A stretch of DNA of 64,000 bases from Octopus vulgaris (taxonomy: Eukaryota): contig OX597828.1 in the NCBI GenBank assembly GCA_951406725.2, forward strand, positions 1,736,001 to 1,800,000, read 5' to 3'. This document shows positions 28,193 to 40,214 of this stretch, piece after piece. Made by a program: the position numbers and the translations under genes. Below the pieces are notes generated by a model. That model was not told where the DNA came from, did not search any database, and was given only the letters and a program-made list of their open reading frames with translations. Each line of letters opens with the position of its first letter. The stretch's first letter is position 1.

Positions 28193-29020
28193 CAGTACCG
28201 GCCAGTTTAAACTGTTGTAAATTTCTACTAATTACCAACCTATAAGTGGATGTTTCGCATTGCGTTTTTTTAAAGATGAAACATTGGCCCTGTTGGAGTC
28301 ATTTCCGTATCTAATCATCATATTTTGTATTAGGGGCTCTGAATGAGAGGGGAAGATGCGAAACGACCATCAAAAATTGCTGTGCAAAATTTTTCGGTCA
28401 CCTCACATACAGATATAGTGCTTTAAAACAGAAAAATGTCTATAATGAAAATTTATGTTCATTTCAAGAATTTACTGTACTGTTAATATTTCGTGTGACA
28501 TCCTTTAGCTTACATAACTGCTTCAATGCGCCTGTGAAGAGATACGTTCAATTCCTTCACCGTCTTCACAGGTATGAGATGCCATTCGCTGTGGCTGAAC
28601 TCCCACATCTCTTGAATATTGCGTGGAATCTTCTGACGAACTCTTCTCTAGTTCTGTCCACATTTTCTCGATGATAATTAAGTCAGGGCTCTGAGCTTGC
28701 AAATCTTTCAATACTTTAACACCTTCATCAGTCAAACTTAGTTGTGTTGCACGCGATCTGTGGTACGGAGCACCGTCATGCTGAAAAATCTCACCTTCAT
28801 CCAAGTCTGGTATCAAGTTGTCCTTTAGCAACTGGACATAATTGGAACTATTCAAGTTTCCGTCAATTTCAACGAACTTTCTTGAAGCATCACTTATTAT
28901 ATACCCCCAAAGCATCAGACTCATACTCCAAAACTTCACTGTTTTCGTCATGTAACGTGGATCGTTTTCCTTTCCTGGAGGCCTTCTGACAAATTCTCGT
29001 TTATTAGAAAGCGAAATACG
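28193..29020 (-). mobile_element. Tc1-like (DD35E spacing) transposon remnant, 5'-truncated
   Basis: LMLWGYI and FQHDGAPYH...AQSPDLIIIEKMW with 35 aa between D and E; TA|CAGTACCGGCCA terminus at 28191. Confidence 0.75.
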
Positions 29021-30070
29021 GTGATAATATAGGCGTTGTTATTTAATTAAGTGAGTTTACATGATGTCCAACCTATATATTAGTGAAAATTAGAGGTAGC
29101 TGATTTACTTCAATTAGACTTGTGGTAAAATTTAAATGATTTAAAAATGTATGCAAACACGTAGAGAAAGCTTCATGTGAAAGGATTTTCTATAGATTCC
29201 CTCAAACATAACAAACAGAGGGAATTTCGACCTTGGTATGCAGGACTTGAGTGAATGACTGATCAAGCTATATTATGTAGTATGTTCTTTTCCCTAAGGT
29301 AGTGTATATCTTCTGCGAGAATAGATTTAACATGTTTTTCATATATAAATGAATTTATCTTCTATCTTTCACTTGTTTCGGTCATTAGACTGCAGCCATG
29401 CTGGGACATCAACCCGGTACTTATTTTATTTTCATGCCCGATACTTCTTTTTATCGGTCTGTATCTTTACTTGAAACTAACAGTAGCTCCAATATAAATC
29501 TTGGTGGAGTTTTTGGAGTTTATTAAGGAACGGGTGCTTATAAACTACATTAAACCTCCGACATTGAGCTTGTAATGGGCATTTATCCCAAATTTTGAAG
29601 TTGAAATTCATCTATTTAGTTTAGGAGTTTTGTTGCTAAGTAAATTAGGGTATGTAAAATTAGAAGGTGCACTATAGTTTAAGCTAGTTCTTTCTAATCG
29701 GTTTTCATTGTTTTCGATGTCATTTATATTGTTATTGTCGCGGTTGGTGGTAGAAAGACTATTATTGTAATTGGTACTATTCATGTTGTTGCTATTTGTC
29801 AATCGCAAGATAATGGTTTCAGTTCCTACACCGGGTGGTGCGTTGTGTTCTTGAGCAAAACACTTCATCTCGCGTCGCTCTGCGATCACGTAGACACTTA
29901 ATGTTTGGCACACAGTGGACCTGCTAAAGGAACGTCGATTTGATAGAGGGAGTGAGCTATTGAGCAGCACGAACATTTGATCCCTATAAACAACTCATTT
30001 GTGCTGAATACTCATACATCGTCTTCAACGGGAGAGTCCATTATCTTCATCATTATCATTATTATTATTA

Positions 30071-30669
30071 TGTTTCTTCCTTCTTTCTTCAAATTTTCTT
30101 CCGTTTCTCGCCGAGTGTTTTCCATACACCTAGGGCAGAGAAGGGCATTGTATGTATTCCCAGATTACACGCGCAAATTCAAAGATAAAATATGTATTTA
30201 AAAATTAATAAATAAATAAATTCATGGATAGATGTTGTTTTCACAGCGATAGTGCTCTTCTCAGTACATGAGCCGTTCCAGTTAATACGATTTTTGGCAC
30301 TTCCTGTAGGGATGGTAAGCCTGGGATCATTTTCAAATAGGTTTCAGTACCTTTTTTTTTATCATTCCTAGAGAGCCTAAAATCACTGGTACTGTAGTCG
30401 CCTTGAGATGCCACATTTTTTCAATTTCTATTAGCAAGTCTTTATATTTACTAACCTTGTCAAATTCTTTCGCCGCTATATTGTGATCGCAAGGAAAACT
30501 CATGACAATTAATAAACACATTTTTTTGTCTGATCTTTTATAATAATATCCGGTTTATTAGCTTTTATAGTCTTGTCGGTCTGTACGGGAAAGTCCCATA
30601 GAATCGACACATTTTCTCCCTCAGTCACAGCTTCAGGATGGTGTTTATACCATTTGTCAGCGGTTTTGA

Positions 30670-30672
<3 letters not shown>
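30071..30672 (-). mobile_element. R4/Dong-like LINE 3' fragment (RLE domain) between (TTA)n tracts
   Basis: ILWDFPVQTDKTIKANKPDII and KVSKYKDLLIEIEKMW...VPVILGSLG. Confidence 0.85.
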
Positions 30673-30735
<63 letters not shown>

Positions 30736-30776
30736 TAGCACTATGACCCGGTAACGCCATTATTATTATTATTATT

Positions 30777-31081
30777 ACTAGCACTATGACCCGGCGTTGC
30801 CGGGTCATACAGCTAGCTGGCATTCAATTGGCGTATCAAGTTTCGGGCATTTTGATTGGGTTTTGGATAGAAAATTCACAAAAATGTCACTCCTATTGAT
30901 TTTTTAATGGCTTTGCGGGGTGACTGCGGAAATGTAAAGATGTGCACGACCACCCTTGGACGGTTTTGAAACCATAGAAAGTGCGAGCCCTCTAACTGAA
31001 AAATTGTGGATTTGTATAAAGGATACACACACACAAACACACACACGCACACAGATATTTTGCCGTTATATATACAGAGAT
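30777..31081 (+). mobile_element. Helentron/DINE-like non-autonomous element, with an aborted 5' copy at 30734-30758
   Basis: Starts ACTAGC; perfect hairpin TATGACCCGGC-GTT-GCCGGGTCATA at 30785-30809; subterminal (CA)n; ends GCCGTTATATATACAGAGAT. Confidence 0.6.
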
Positions 31082-31269
31082 TATTTCTTTTTTAAGGCGG
31101 CGAGCTGGCAGAAACGGGATTTCGTCCGTCTTTACGTTCTGGATTCAAATTCCGCCGAGGTCGACTTTGCCTTTCATCTTTTCGGAGTCGATAAAATAAG
31201 TACCAGTTACGCACTGGGCTCGATGTAATCGACTTATCCCCTCACCCAAAATTTCAGGCATTGTGCCCG

Positions 31270-32890
31270 TATCTCCCATCAACTCTCCCTCAGGCGAAAA
31301 CGTTCCTCCTCTTCCGTCGCCCTCTCCTCTTGTAGTGTACGAGACGAAGGGTGACAGCGGCGGCAGTAGCAACAACGACAACAACAGCAACAAAAACAAC
31401 AAGATGAACAATCTGAACTGTGAAAGTGCACGAGAAATCAGCAACGGCAACATCACCACCACCGTCATCACCAACACGAAGTAAAGCAGCGAAAATAGTG
31501 AGATAACAGCAACAAAAGTAAACCCATCCCCACCGATATCACAGCCACTACAACAACAAACAGTATTGAAAGAAAAAACAGGGACATGGTGAACGACAGA
31601 AGCAATGCAAAAGACGTTAATGAAACCATCCAGAAACTTAAAGACCCCCACAACAACTGCAACAACAACAGCAGAATCACCAACAACAATAACAGAGGTG
31701 ACAACAACAATAACAGCAACAACAACAACGAAGGAATTGGGCAACAAGCCGCTGCAATGGCTTGGAATAACATTAAACTTTCTAAGTCATTTCTTTAGAG
31801 AATTTTATTCTGTGAAGGGGTAGCAAAAAATGGCAGACAGCTAATCGAAATAGACGGGTTAGCTGTCAAGCTAAATAGCCTCCTGGAAACTATCCAAAAT
31901 ACGATACGGATTAAAGTTAAGGAGGGTAGAAAGAGGCACAGAGGCTCAATTACAAAAAAAAAACTTTAGGTTCCGTCTGGAATCTAAAGGAATCTATACA
32001 GAGAGGAAGAGGCTATGGGATGGTGGAGGGGAGGTTTCGCATAGAGGACGCTAAATCTCATTCTCCAAAACCCCTTAAAAACGAGGAGCTGTTGTTAGTT
32101 CCCTTCTACTGCGATCAGAGACTGGCCAAAATAATCATACGACAGGTGCTGCCAGAAATAACCATTTTTCGGCGAATTGCTGCGGTAGCGATAGGCATCG
32201 AGGAAAACTCGAAAATCCTCGAAGCCAATCAAACCGAAAATGAGAACTGGTCCACGATGACGATAGGAGTCTTCCTCCAAACAACCCAAAAGAATGAGGA
32301 TCTCACCTCAGACCAGAACCATCTTCTTGGAGGCAGCAGTATTCCGGTAAGGATGGATGGAAGGAAAGGAAGGTGCCACATTTGCTTCTCTGCCACTCAT
32401 CTGAAAGCCTACTGCCCTAGATTAAAGGAAACAGAGAGATGGGCTCCTCACCTTCCTACACTAGCAACAGCCACAAGAACTCGGGCAACAACAGCAGCAA
32501 AACGATCACCATCAGCATAATTCAGCGGTGATAGCACCAATACCAATCATACCGACACCAAATTCCCCCAAACGCTTCTCAGTGCCCGAAGATGATCCAC
32601 TTCCTGATGGAGAGTCTGATCGTGATGAGGAGTGGAAGATAAAAATATTTTAAAAAAAAGCGAAACAAAAAAGACAAGAAGAAAAACAAATCTATGGACA
32701 AACAGGAACACTCCTCATCCACACAAGCAGTAGCGAGGAAAAAATAAAGGCAACAAAAATAAATACTACCAAGAACACCTGAAACACTACCTCAACCAAC
32801 AACACCACCACAAACACAATCCATCTCACAGACAACCACAACCACAACGACAGCAACAACAACAGCAACAAACACAGAGTAGAAACTTGA
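31270..32890 (+). mobile_element. Tx1/L1-like LINE ORF1 (gag-like) remnant
   Basis: Thr/Asn low-complexity N-terminus and CCHC knuckle CHICFSATHLKAYC (ORF 32020-32520). Confidence 0.65.
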
Positions 32891-32930
32891 ATTACAACTA
32901 CATGGCAATAACATTATTTACATTATTCAG

Positions 32931-33000
32931 GTCACTGCCTGGAGTGAAACTCGGAATCTTGGGGTTAGTAGCCTGCGCTCTTAACCACTACGCCATATGC
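32931..33000 (-). mobile_element. tRNA-like SINE head
   Basis: Minus strand GGCATATGGCGTAGTGGTTAAGAGCGCAGGCTACTAACCCCAAGATTCCGAGTTTCACTCC, with A-box-like and B-box-like motifs. Confidence 0.6.
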
Positions 33001-33040
33001 CCACGGGCATATAATAATAATAATAATAGTAGTAGTAGTA

Positions 33041-33087
<47 letters not shown>

Positions 33088-33642
33088 TGCCATGATGCAG
33101 TACCAGGCAGTGGCTCTCATGGCTTCTGATCTTAACTGATCGGAAGTGTTATCATGTACATTGTTTTGTCTTGGTATAAAAGATGGGCTACAGCAAATAT
33201 TCTGCTCAATACCACAGATTTGCTTGTCAGTTGTTTGACCGTAACCAGTTGAGCATGTCCCTTAGTGGCTGACGATATGTGCATCTCTGATCATGAGCAG
33301 AAGTAGTGGGGGAGCATCATAGCCATGTGTTGAGAGGGATTCTTTGAGGTTTGAATAATTCACCTCTGGAAACATGGGTAGTTCTTTCAACATCATTAAA
33401 CAACCCTTATTCAGGGACCTTTTGAGCGGGATGGGCTACTCAGCCTGAAGAAATTTCTAACTGGGCCCCACCTGCAAGGTCATGCGCTGTTTATCTTGAT
33501 ATGAGATCACCATGTCGCGCACATATGGTTGTGATGCATGTGCCTGGTGTACCCTTATCAGACGGGTAGTCATGATGGGTATATTGGGCTTCGTATATTT
33601 TACCCCAGTGTCACTTTGATGGCATGAACTGCTCTCTCACTC
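33088..33642. mobile_element. ~555-bp unclassified non-coding repeat flanked by (AAT)n, copy 1
   Basis: Near-identical to 54734-55287 and similar to 35856-36402; AAT-type tracts on both sides. Confidence 0.85.
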
Positions 33643-33687
<45 letters not shown>

Positions 33688-34333
33688 TAGGAGATGGACA
33701 AGAAACAATAAATCATATTATCTCTGGCTGCCCAATCCTGGCTAAGAAGGAATATATTCACAGACACGACAGAGTTGGGACCTATATACACTGGAAACTA
33801 TGCCAGCATTATGGAATAACAACAGAAAAAAGATGGTATAGGCACACACCAGAAAAGGTCACAGAAAACGAGAAAGCAACCATACTCTGGGATATGCCAA
33901 TACACACAGATAGAGAAATTAAGGCCAACAGACCAGATATAGTTGTCAGAGATCTTGAAGAAAAAAAAATGTTTTCTAATTAATGTATCAATACCAGCGG
34001 ATGACAACGTATCTCTAAAAGAAATGGAGAAACTTTCAAAATACAAAGACCTGGAAATGGAGGTAACCAGAATGTGGAATCTAAAAACAGAAACAATTCC
34101 TATCATAATAGGTGCATTAGGCATGATAGACAAATACATAACAAAAACACCAGGACTTACAAACACATATAACATACAGAAAATTGCACTACTAGGCACT
34201 GCACACATCATTCGCAGAACACTTTCCATACAATAACCATCAGAGCATCACAAAAAATCACATCACATACCCAAGGCACACAGAGCTGCGCTCGGTAGTG
34301 AAGTGAAAACACGATATAAAACATATACTACTG
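33688..34333 (+). mobile_element. R4/Dong-like LINE 3' fragment
   Basis: ETINHIISGCPIL, HRHDRV, ILWDMPIHTD, NRPDIV and KLSKYKDL; begins and ends in (AAT)n. Confidence 0.88.
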
Positions 34334-34399
34334 AATAATAATAATAATAACATCGGAAAATACCTTACGAATGAGAACCCAGGTTCGAAATTTCCCCCA

Positions 34400-34445
34400 A
34401 ACACCTGATGAAGGTTGGAGGGTATATCAGCCGAAACGTTGTGTT
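34400..34445 (+). ncRNA. Minimal type I hammerhead ribozyme motif
   Basis: AACAC-CTGATGA-A-GGTTGG-(8 nt)-TCAGCC-GAAAC-GTT-GTGTT. Stem I is AACAC/GTGTT; stem III is the palindrome AACGTT. Confidence 0.75.
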
Positions 34446-34799
34446 AACAACAAACAAGATGAGGACAAATATCCGTCATTTTTAAATAATGTAAATAATG
34501 TACATATTCCTTATCTCTTAAATATAGAACTGTACTTGGCAATATGCATAAAAAACAATGAATTGATGAATTACACAATAACACTCAAACACACCACCAG
34601 AAGATTTTGTCACATCCACAATCGCCCTACATGCACACATACAAATCGTTCAAAGAATACAAAACACATACACACAATTAAAAACGCAATTCCCACAGGA
34701 AGTCGGAGATTTTCGGGGGAATATCACCACGAGAATTCTTGGTTATTTACTGCTGGACACGTCCCTAGCCAACTGGAGGGACGGACAAATTGCCCCTCC

Positions 34800-35760
34800 A
34801 AACAAAACCAAGTAAGGTTTCCTTTTTTCCCGTTTCTTTTTCTGACAACATGGTCGTGCACAGAATAGGCAGCGTAAATATACATGATCTGGGGTCACCT
34901 TGGTGCGGATTCGCCTGCACAATGACCTCAAGGCACTGAATGTCGATGTGGTGGTCATTAGTAAAATCAGAATTTCCGACTCACGAGACTTCTAAGTCGA
35001 CCGTGAGTGGCAGGCGGAGTCGCCGTGATGGTTCAGAAAAATCTGGATCTTGCAATACGGACGATCTTCCTCGATCTAGAAGGTAAGTCAGTGGTGCTGG
35101 ACATGACCGGCAGCAAAGGACACTCTTTCAAGCAAGTTGCCGTCTATGCTCCGACAGGGGCAGGACGTCTGGAAAATTTCCTGGGAACGTCCTGCTCTTT
35201 AATTTTAGTGGTGGATTGGAATGGAGATTTAGATGTAAGATGGGTTTAGCAGATATACTGAGCGGGGTGCAAAAACATCGAAAACCTGTTCAGACGATTT
35301 CAACTGTCTGGCATGTATCGATTGGATTTCCCTGATGTGCCAGTCTCGATCTGATCAAACCGCATCGGGTCATCCTGATCGTATCTAGATAGGGTATTCT
35401 ATAAAGTATCTGATAAGGATAGCATAGGTTGTCCACAGTTTAAAGTAGTCGACTACACAGACCACAAATTCGTGATCTGTACAGTCAGCTTACATGGGCT
35501 CCATAGACAGGGACCTGAACGCGTCGTTGCCGGCGCGTAACGATTTTAGAGACCGGATTAGTGAACTAGTTAAGCGGGCGTTGACGGGGAAATCCTCAAT
35601 AATAAAAGGTAGTTCGATCTGACGAGAGCGATTAAAATAGAATCAATAAGGTTTGGCAAAGAACTAGCAGTAGAAACAGAGCAGAGGCGGGGTCAATCTG
35701 GAAGTTAGACGAGGCTTTTAGAACATGCATCACGACCGACGTGCTCGCTGCGAGATTAGC
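34800..35760 (+). mobile_element. Tx1/L1-like LINE ORF2 apurinic-endonuclease region remnant
   Basis: AGGVAVMV, VAVYAP, VVDWN, YLDRV and TDHK motifs. Confidence 0.75.
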
Positions 35761-35796
35761 AGTGAGATTAAAACTACCAAATAATGAATAATAATA

Positions 35797-35828
<32 letters not shown>

Positions 35829-35855
35829 AATAATAATGATAATAATAATAATAAA

Positions 35856-36402
35856 TGCTCTGATTCAGTAACAGGCAGTGGATCTCATGGCTTCTGGCCA
35901 TAACTGATTTGAAGTGTTATCATGTACATGCTTTGTCTTGGTATAAAAGATGGGCTACAGCAAATATTCTGCTCAATACCACAGATTTGCTTGTCGGTTG
36001 TTTGACCATAGCCAGTTGAGCATGCCCCTTAGTGGCTGATGATATGTGCATCTCCTGCTCGTGATCAGAAGTAGTGGGGGAACATCAAAGGCATGTACTG
36101 AGAGGAACTCTTTGGGTTTTGAATAATTCACCTCTGGAAACTTGGGTATTTCGAACATCATCTTTAAACAAACCTTATTCAAGGACCTTTTGACTGGGCT
36201 ACTCGACCTGAAGAAAATTCTAACTTGATCTCACCTGCAAGGTCATGCGCTGTTAATCTCGAAATGAGATCACCATGACGCGCACATATAGTTGTGTTGC
36301 ATGTGCCTGGTGTACTCTTATCAGGCTTGTATTCATAATCAGTATACTGGGCTTTGTATATATGTACCCCAGTGTCACTTTGATGGTATGTACTGTTCTC
36401 TC
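35856..36402. mobile_element. ~550-bp (AAT)n-flanked repeat, diverged copy 2
   Basis: Colinear with 33088-33642. Confidence 0.8.
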
Positions 36403-36432
36403 AATACTACTACTACTACTACTGCCTTCTTG

Positions 36433-36508
<76 letters not shown>

Positions 36509-36599
36509 TGATGATGATGATGATGATGTTAATTTCAAAATAAGAAGTGATAAAAATTCAAAATTACAGAAAATTAAACGTAAAGTATGAACGAGAGCA

Positions 36600-39500
36600 A
36601 CCAGCGTCCACACGTTGATGGAATGACATCATCAGTTTTTAAGTTACAGTTTTATAACAGGCGAAAAAAAAGAAAGAAAAATAAACAGAAAAAAGAAGAC
36701 GACAGAAAAAAAAGGAAAGAAAAAGAAAGAAAGAAGAATATTTAATCAAACAGTTTTGTATGAATTTGACGATATTCTCCTGTCATCTTATTCATTCCTC
36801 CAGGGCGTGATGTTAACCCGCAAACATATTTCTCCTCATACATTCTGAGAAGTGAAAGTGAAGCAGATTCAGAATATTTTCTGCGAATATGCACTTTCAA
36901 GTCTTCAAAATTGCAACCGCTTGAAACGAAATGTTCAGCAACTTCTGTCGAACTACTGTTATTGTGCTTGATGTCGAATCTGTACCCATTAAACCTTTTG
37001 TTTAATTGTTCTGTTGTACAACCAGCATAAATTAAATCGTGTTTCGTGCATTCTGCAGCGTACACCAAATGGGAATCTTTACATGTTCCACATTCTGTAT
37101 AAATCATAACGTTTCTGTTTTGATTTTTGATGGAATTCACTTCACTCATGTTGTTGCACAATGAACATGGCTTACCTCTTTTGCGGCTGTTCTTTAAGGT
37201 ACAGTGTGCAGATACTCCAATGTTCGTTTTCTTGGAGTCAGATATTTCAATAATTCTTTTATATTCTTATTCCGTCTAAAGGCTACAATGGGCAGCTGAA
37301 GAAATATCTGTTTGAAACGAGGATATTTTTTCGCCACATGCTGGTAACTTTCTTGCAACACTTTTGAAATGCCAGCGAAATATCGGTGCCAGTTAATCAC
37401 TAAAGGAATTCTGTCATCTATTGTGTTATGTTTGCTAAAGTTATGCGTGTAGGTTTGACTGTGTTTGCTAATCTTAGCTATTTCATTTGCTATTTCACTG
37501 TAACCGCGTTTGACATGATGACATACAAAAGCTTTTGCATGTTTCCAGTAATCCCCTATGTCAGTACAAATCCGATTTATCCTCAAAAATTGCGATTTCG
37601 GATTTGACCGAATAAGATGATGTGGATGATCGGAGCAGCGGTGAAGATAAATGTGCGATGACATGGGCTTGCAAAATAACTCTGTCACTATTCTGCCTCC
37701 AGAAAACTTGACTTTTGTGTCCAAAAATTCAACGCTAGTTTTTGAAAAACTAGACGTAAATTTTATGTTGGACTTAAAGCCACAGTTTTTAGCATAACAG
37801 TCACAGTAATGCAAGAATCCATTAAACTATCCTGTGATCCTTCCCAGACAAAGAATACGTCGTCAGTGACTCATAACCAGAGTATTGGTTCATGACCATA
37901 AAGGGATTGGAATGTCTTCAGCAACTGTGTCTCGAATTTCGTCATGAAGACATTAACGAAATTAACTGCCATGGGGGTACCCATGTCGCAGCCCTTCGTC
38001 TGGTGGTAAAATCTTTGTCTAAACTTCATTGTGTTACTTTCTAACTCAAACCTCAATAATCTAGGAGAAAATTTGATGGAATACTTTTGTTTGACCGCTT
38101 TTCGAAGGCATCCATGCATGCTTCTATCCCTTCATTGTGGTCAATATAGGGATATAAGGAAGAAACAACCATGGTTATTAAAAAGTAGTTCTCAATACGG
38201 CCTCGGCGCTTAAAAAAGTTGTTGATTTTAGATACAAAATCAAAGGTATCCCTAATATAGCAACTTGATCAATGGCAGAAAGCCATCCAGTCATTCCGAA
38301 ATTTTGGCCGTGCAACATTCATATCCGCTGCAAATTAGGCACACTGGAAGAAATATTTCGAACTTGCTGTGTATTTTAGGGAGACCATAAAATACAGGCG
38401 TTCTTCTTTCTGACTTTAAACTCTTAGATTCAGCCTTATTAACGAAATTGTTTTCCTTCATTTCCAGAATTATTTTGTCAAGTTCCTCTTTGTAATTGGG
38501 GTTTGGATCGACTTCATATGAAGTTTTGAAGTTTAAAACTTCTTTACAAGCCGAAATATACTCACTTTTGTCCATAATTACGATCGCACCCCGCTTATCC
38601 GCCATCTCAATAACAATAGAATCGTTATTAGCTGGACGTCGAAGTGCGTAACGTTGGGAATTTGTGAGGTTATTCCAGGACTTCTTTCCACTTGTTTTAA
38701 GGCTTTCTCTAATGTCTGCCTGACAAAATTCAAGAAATTCCAGTAGTGATTGTGAATGTCCATCCCGAACTTTATCTCGATACCAATTGGGATTGTTTTT
38801 AATCCAATTATACCAGATTCAATCATCATCATTTTTATTTTTAGTAAACATAGGGTTTTCTGACTCCTCGTTACCAGCTTTTTCAAAAAAATATTGTTTT
38901 AGCTTGTGACGGCGCACAAACTGAAAAAGCCCTTGAGCTAGTTTATTCGTGTCGAAATTCTTAGTGCTTGGGCAAAAACTCAGTCCAAGCTCTAAGACTG
39001 AGACATCGTCGGGCGAAAGTTTTAGTTTAGATAACTTTATGACCGACTTATTCTCTAGTGTGATGATTTTTCTCGGGCAAGTGGTTTTCTGAGTTTTTTC
39101 TCATTAGATTTCTGACTACTTTTTGGGCTTTGCTCGAAATCTTCACTTGAAACACGGAACCTATTGGGTGATAAAATTTGTTCTGAACGTTCATGAGAGA
39201 AGTTATAATTTTTAGTCGTCTTTCTAGGGGTAATCCACTTCTGGATGGGTGATAGAAAGTAAGTGACTTCTGTGGTTTTTGTAGACATTTGAAAAACCTT
39301 TACTTTCGGGAAAGGAACAAATTTATTGTTTTCTAGGCAAAATTTTAAATGTGCTCGCATTTTTGACTGATCAAATAGAAACTTCTCTGGAGCGTTTCCA
39401 ATGACCATTTCAAATGCATACGCTAAAACAAAAAGGCCACAATCACACGCGCCAACTTGGGGATTATTTATATGGACTTGTTGAATTGTTGGAATAATAT

Positions 39501-39625
39501 TTGGTTGTGGTGAATACAATGTTGTTATTTGTGCCGTTACTTCCTGCAAAACTGGTAAATTAAAACTGTCATAAATATAAACATTTCCAAAAAAATTGGT
39601 TGACAAAACAAAATGATTGTTCATG
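36600..39625 (-). mobile_element. Penelope-like element (Neptune-type RT plus C-terminal GIY-YIG), degenerate, with upstream Ulp1-like protease region
   Basis: RT region motifs SVIKLS..LS....VLELGLSFCP, ADKRGAIVIMD, PVFYGLPKIH, GCDMGTPMAVNF, VEFLDT and LFCKP. CxxC linker (KPCSLC). GIY-YIG as LVYAAECTKHDLIYAG...RF. Protease motifs NHFVLS...YDS...QVGACDCGLF. Confidence 0.88.
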
Positions 39626-39630
39626 GTGTG

Positions 39631-40137
39631 ATGAATCATAAAATCCCACAGGATCGCGACCATGAGATAGAGAATAGGAAGCCAGACATAGTCTTAATTG
39701 AGAAAGAAAGCAAACGATGTTGGATCATAGATATAGCATGCCCAGTTGACAACAAGGTATGCAATAAGGCAGAAAGAAAAGTCAAGAGATGTGACAGGTT
39801 AGCTTGGGAGGTAGTACCAATAATTGAAGTATGCGATAAAGAAGAAAGAAAAGTTGATAGGTATGACAGGTTAGGTAAAGCAGCTGTGGTCAATGAAAAA
39901 GATGGTAGTGGTATCAATAATTGTTGGAACTTTGGGAACAGAGAGTAAAAATCTCAAGAAGTACAATGGAACAAATAGGGGCTGCAATAAGGGTGGAGCA
40001 TTTACAGAAAACAGCACTGCTTGGAACCGCTCGAATACTCTGGAAGGTACTCGAAAAATAAGGGGTGTTATCTTAGTTCACTGATATAGAACAGCCGACA
40101 ACGCAGTACATCTCCAGCGTTAGAAGCTGTGCAAAGG
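39631..40137 (+). mobile_element. R4/Dong-like LINE 3' fragment with short 5' inversion
   Basis: DHEIENRKPDIVLIEK...IIDIACP; ends in AAT/AAC repeats. Confidence 0.82.
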
Positions 40138-40214
40138 CAATAATAACAACAACAACAACAACAACAACAACAATAATAATAATAAGGAAGAAGAAGAAGA
40201 AAGGAAAAGGAAAA

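Noticed and set aside
31145-31823. Hydrophobic poly-Val/Leu ORFs resembling membrane proteins
   Set aside because: Antisense readings of the (ACA)n-rich low-complexity LINE ORF1.
36605-36640. Minus-strand CTGATGA at the PLE 3' end, the expected pLTR hammerhead position
   Set aside because: The GAAA half of the core is absent; at most a dead remnant.
37860-37880. In-frame TGA near the PLE RT catalytic DD, as possible selenocysteine recoding
   Set aside because: The element has many frameshifts and stops; the TGA is better explained by decay of an Arg codon.
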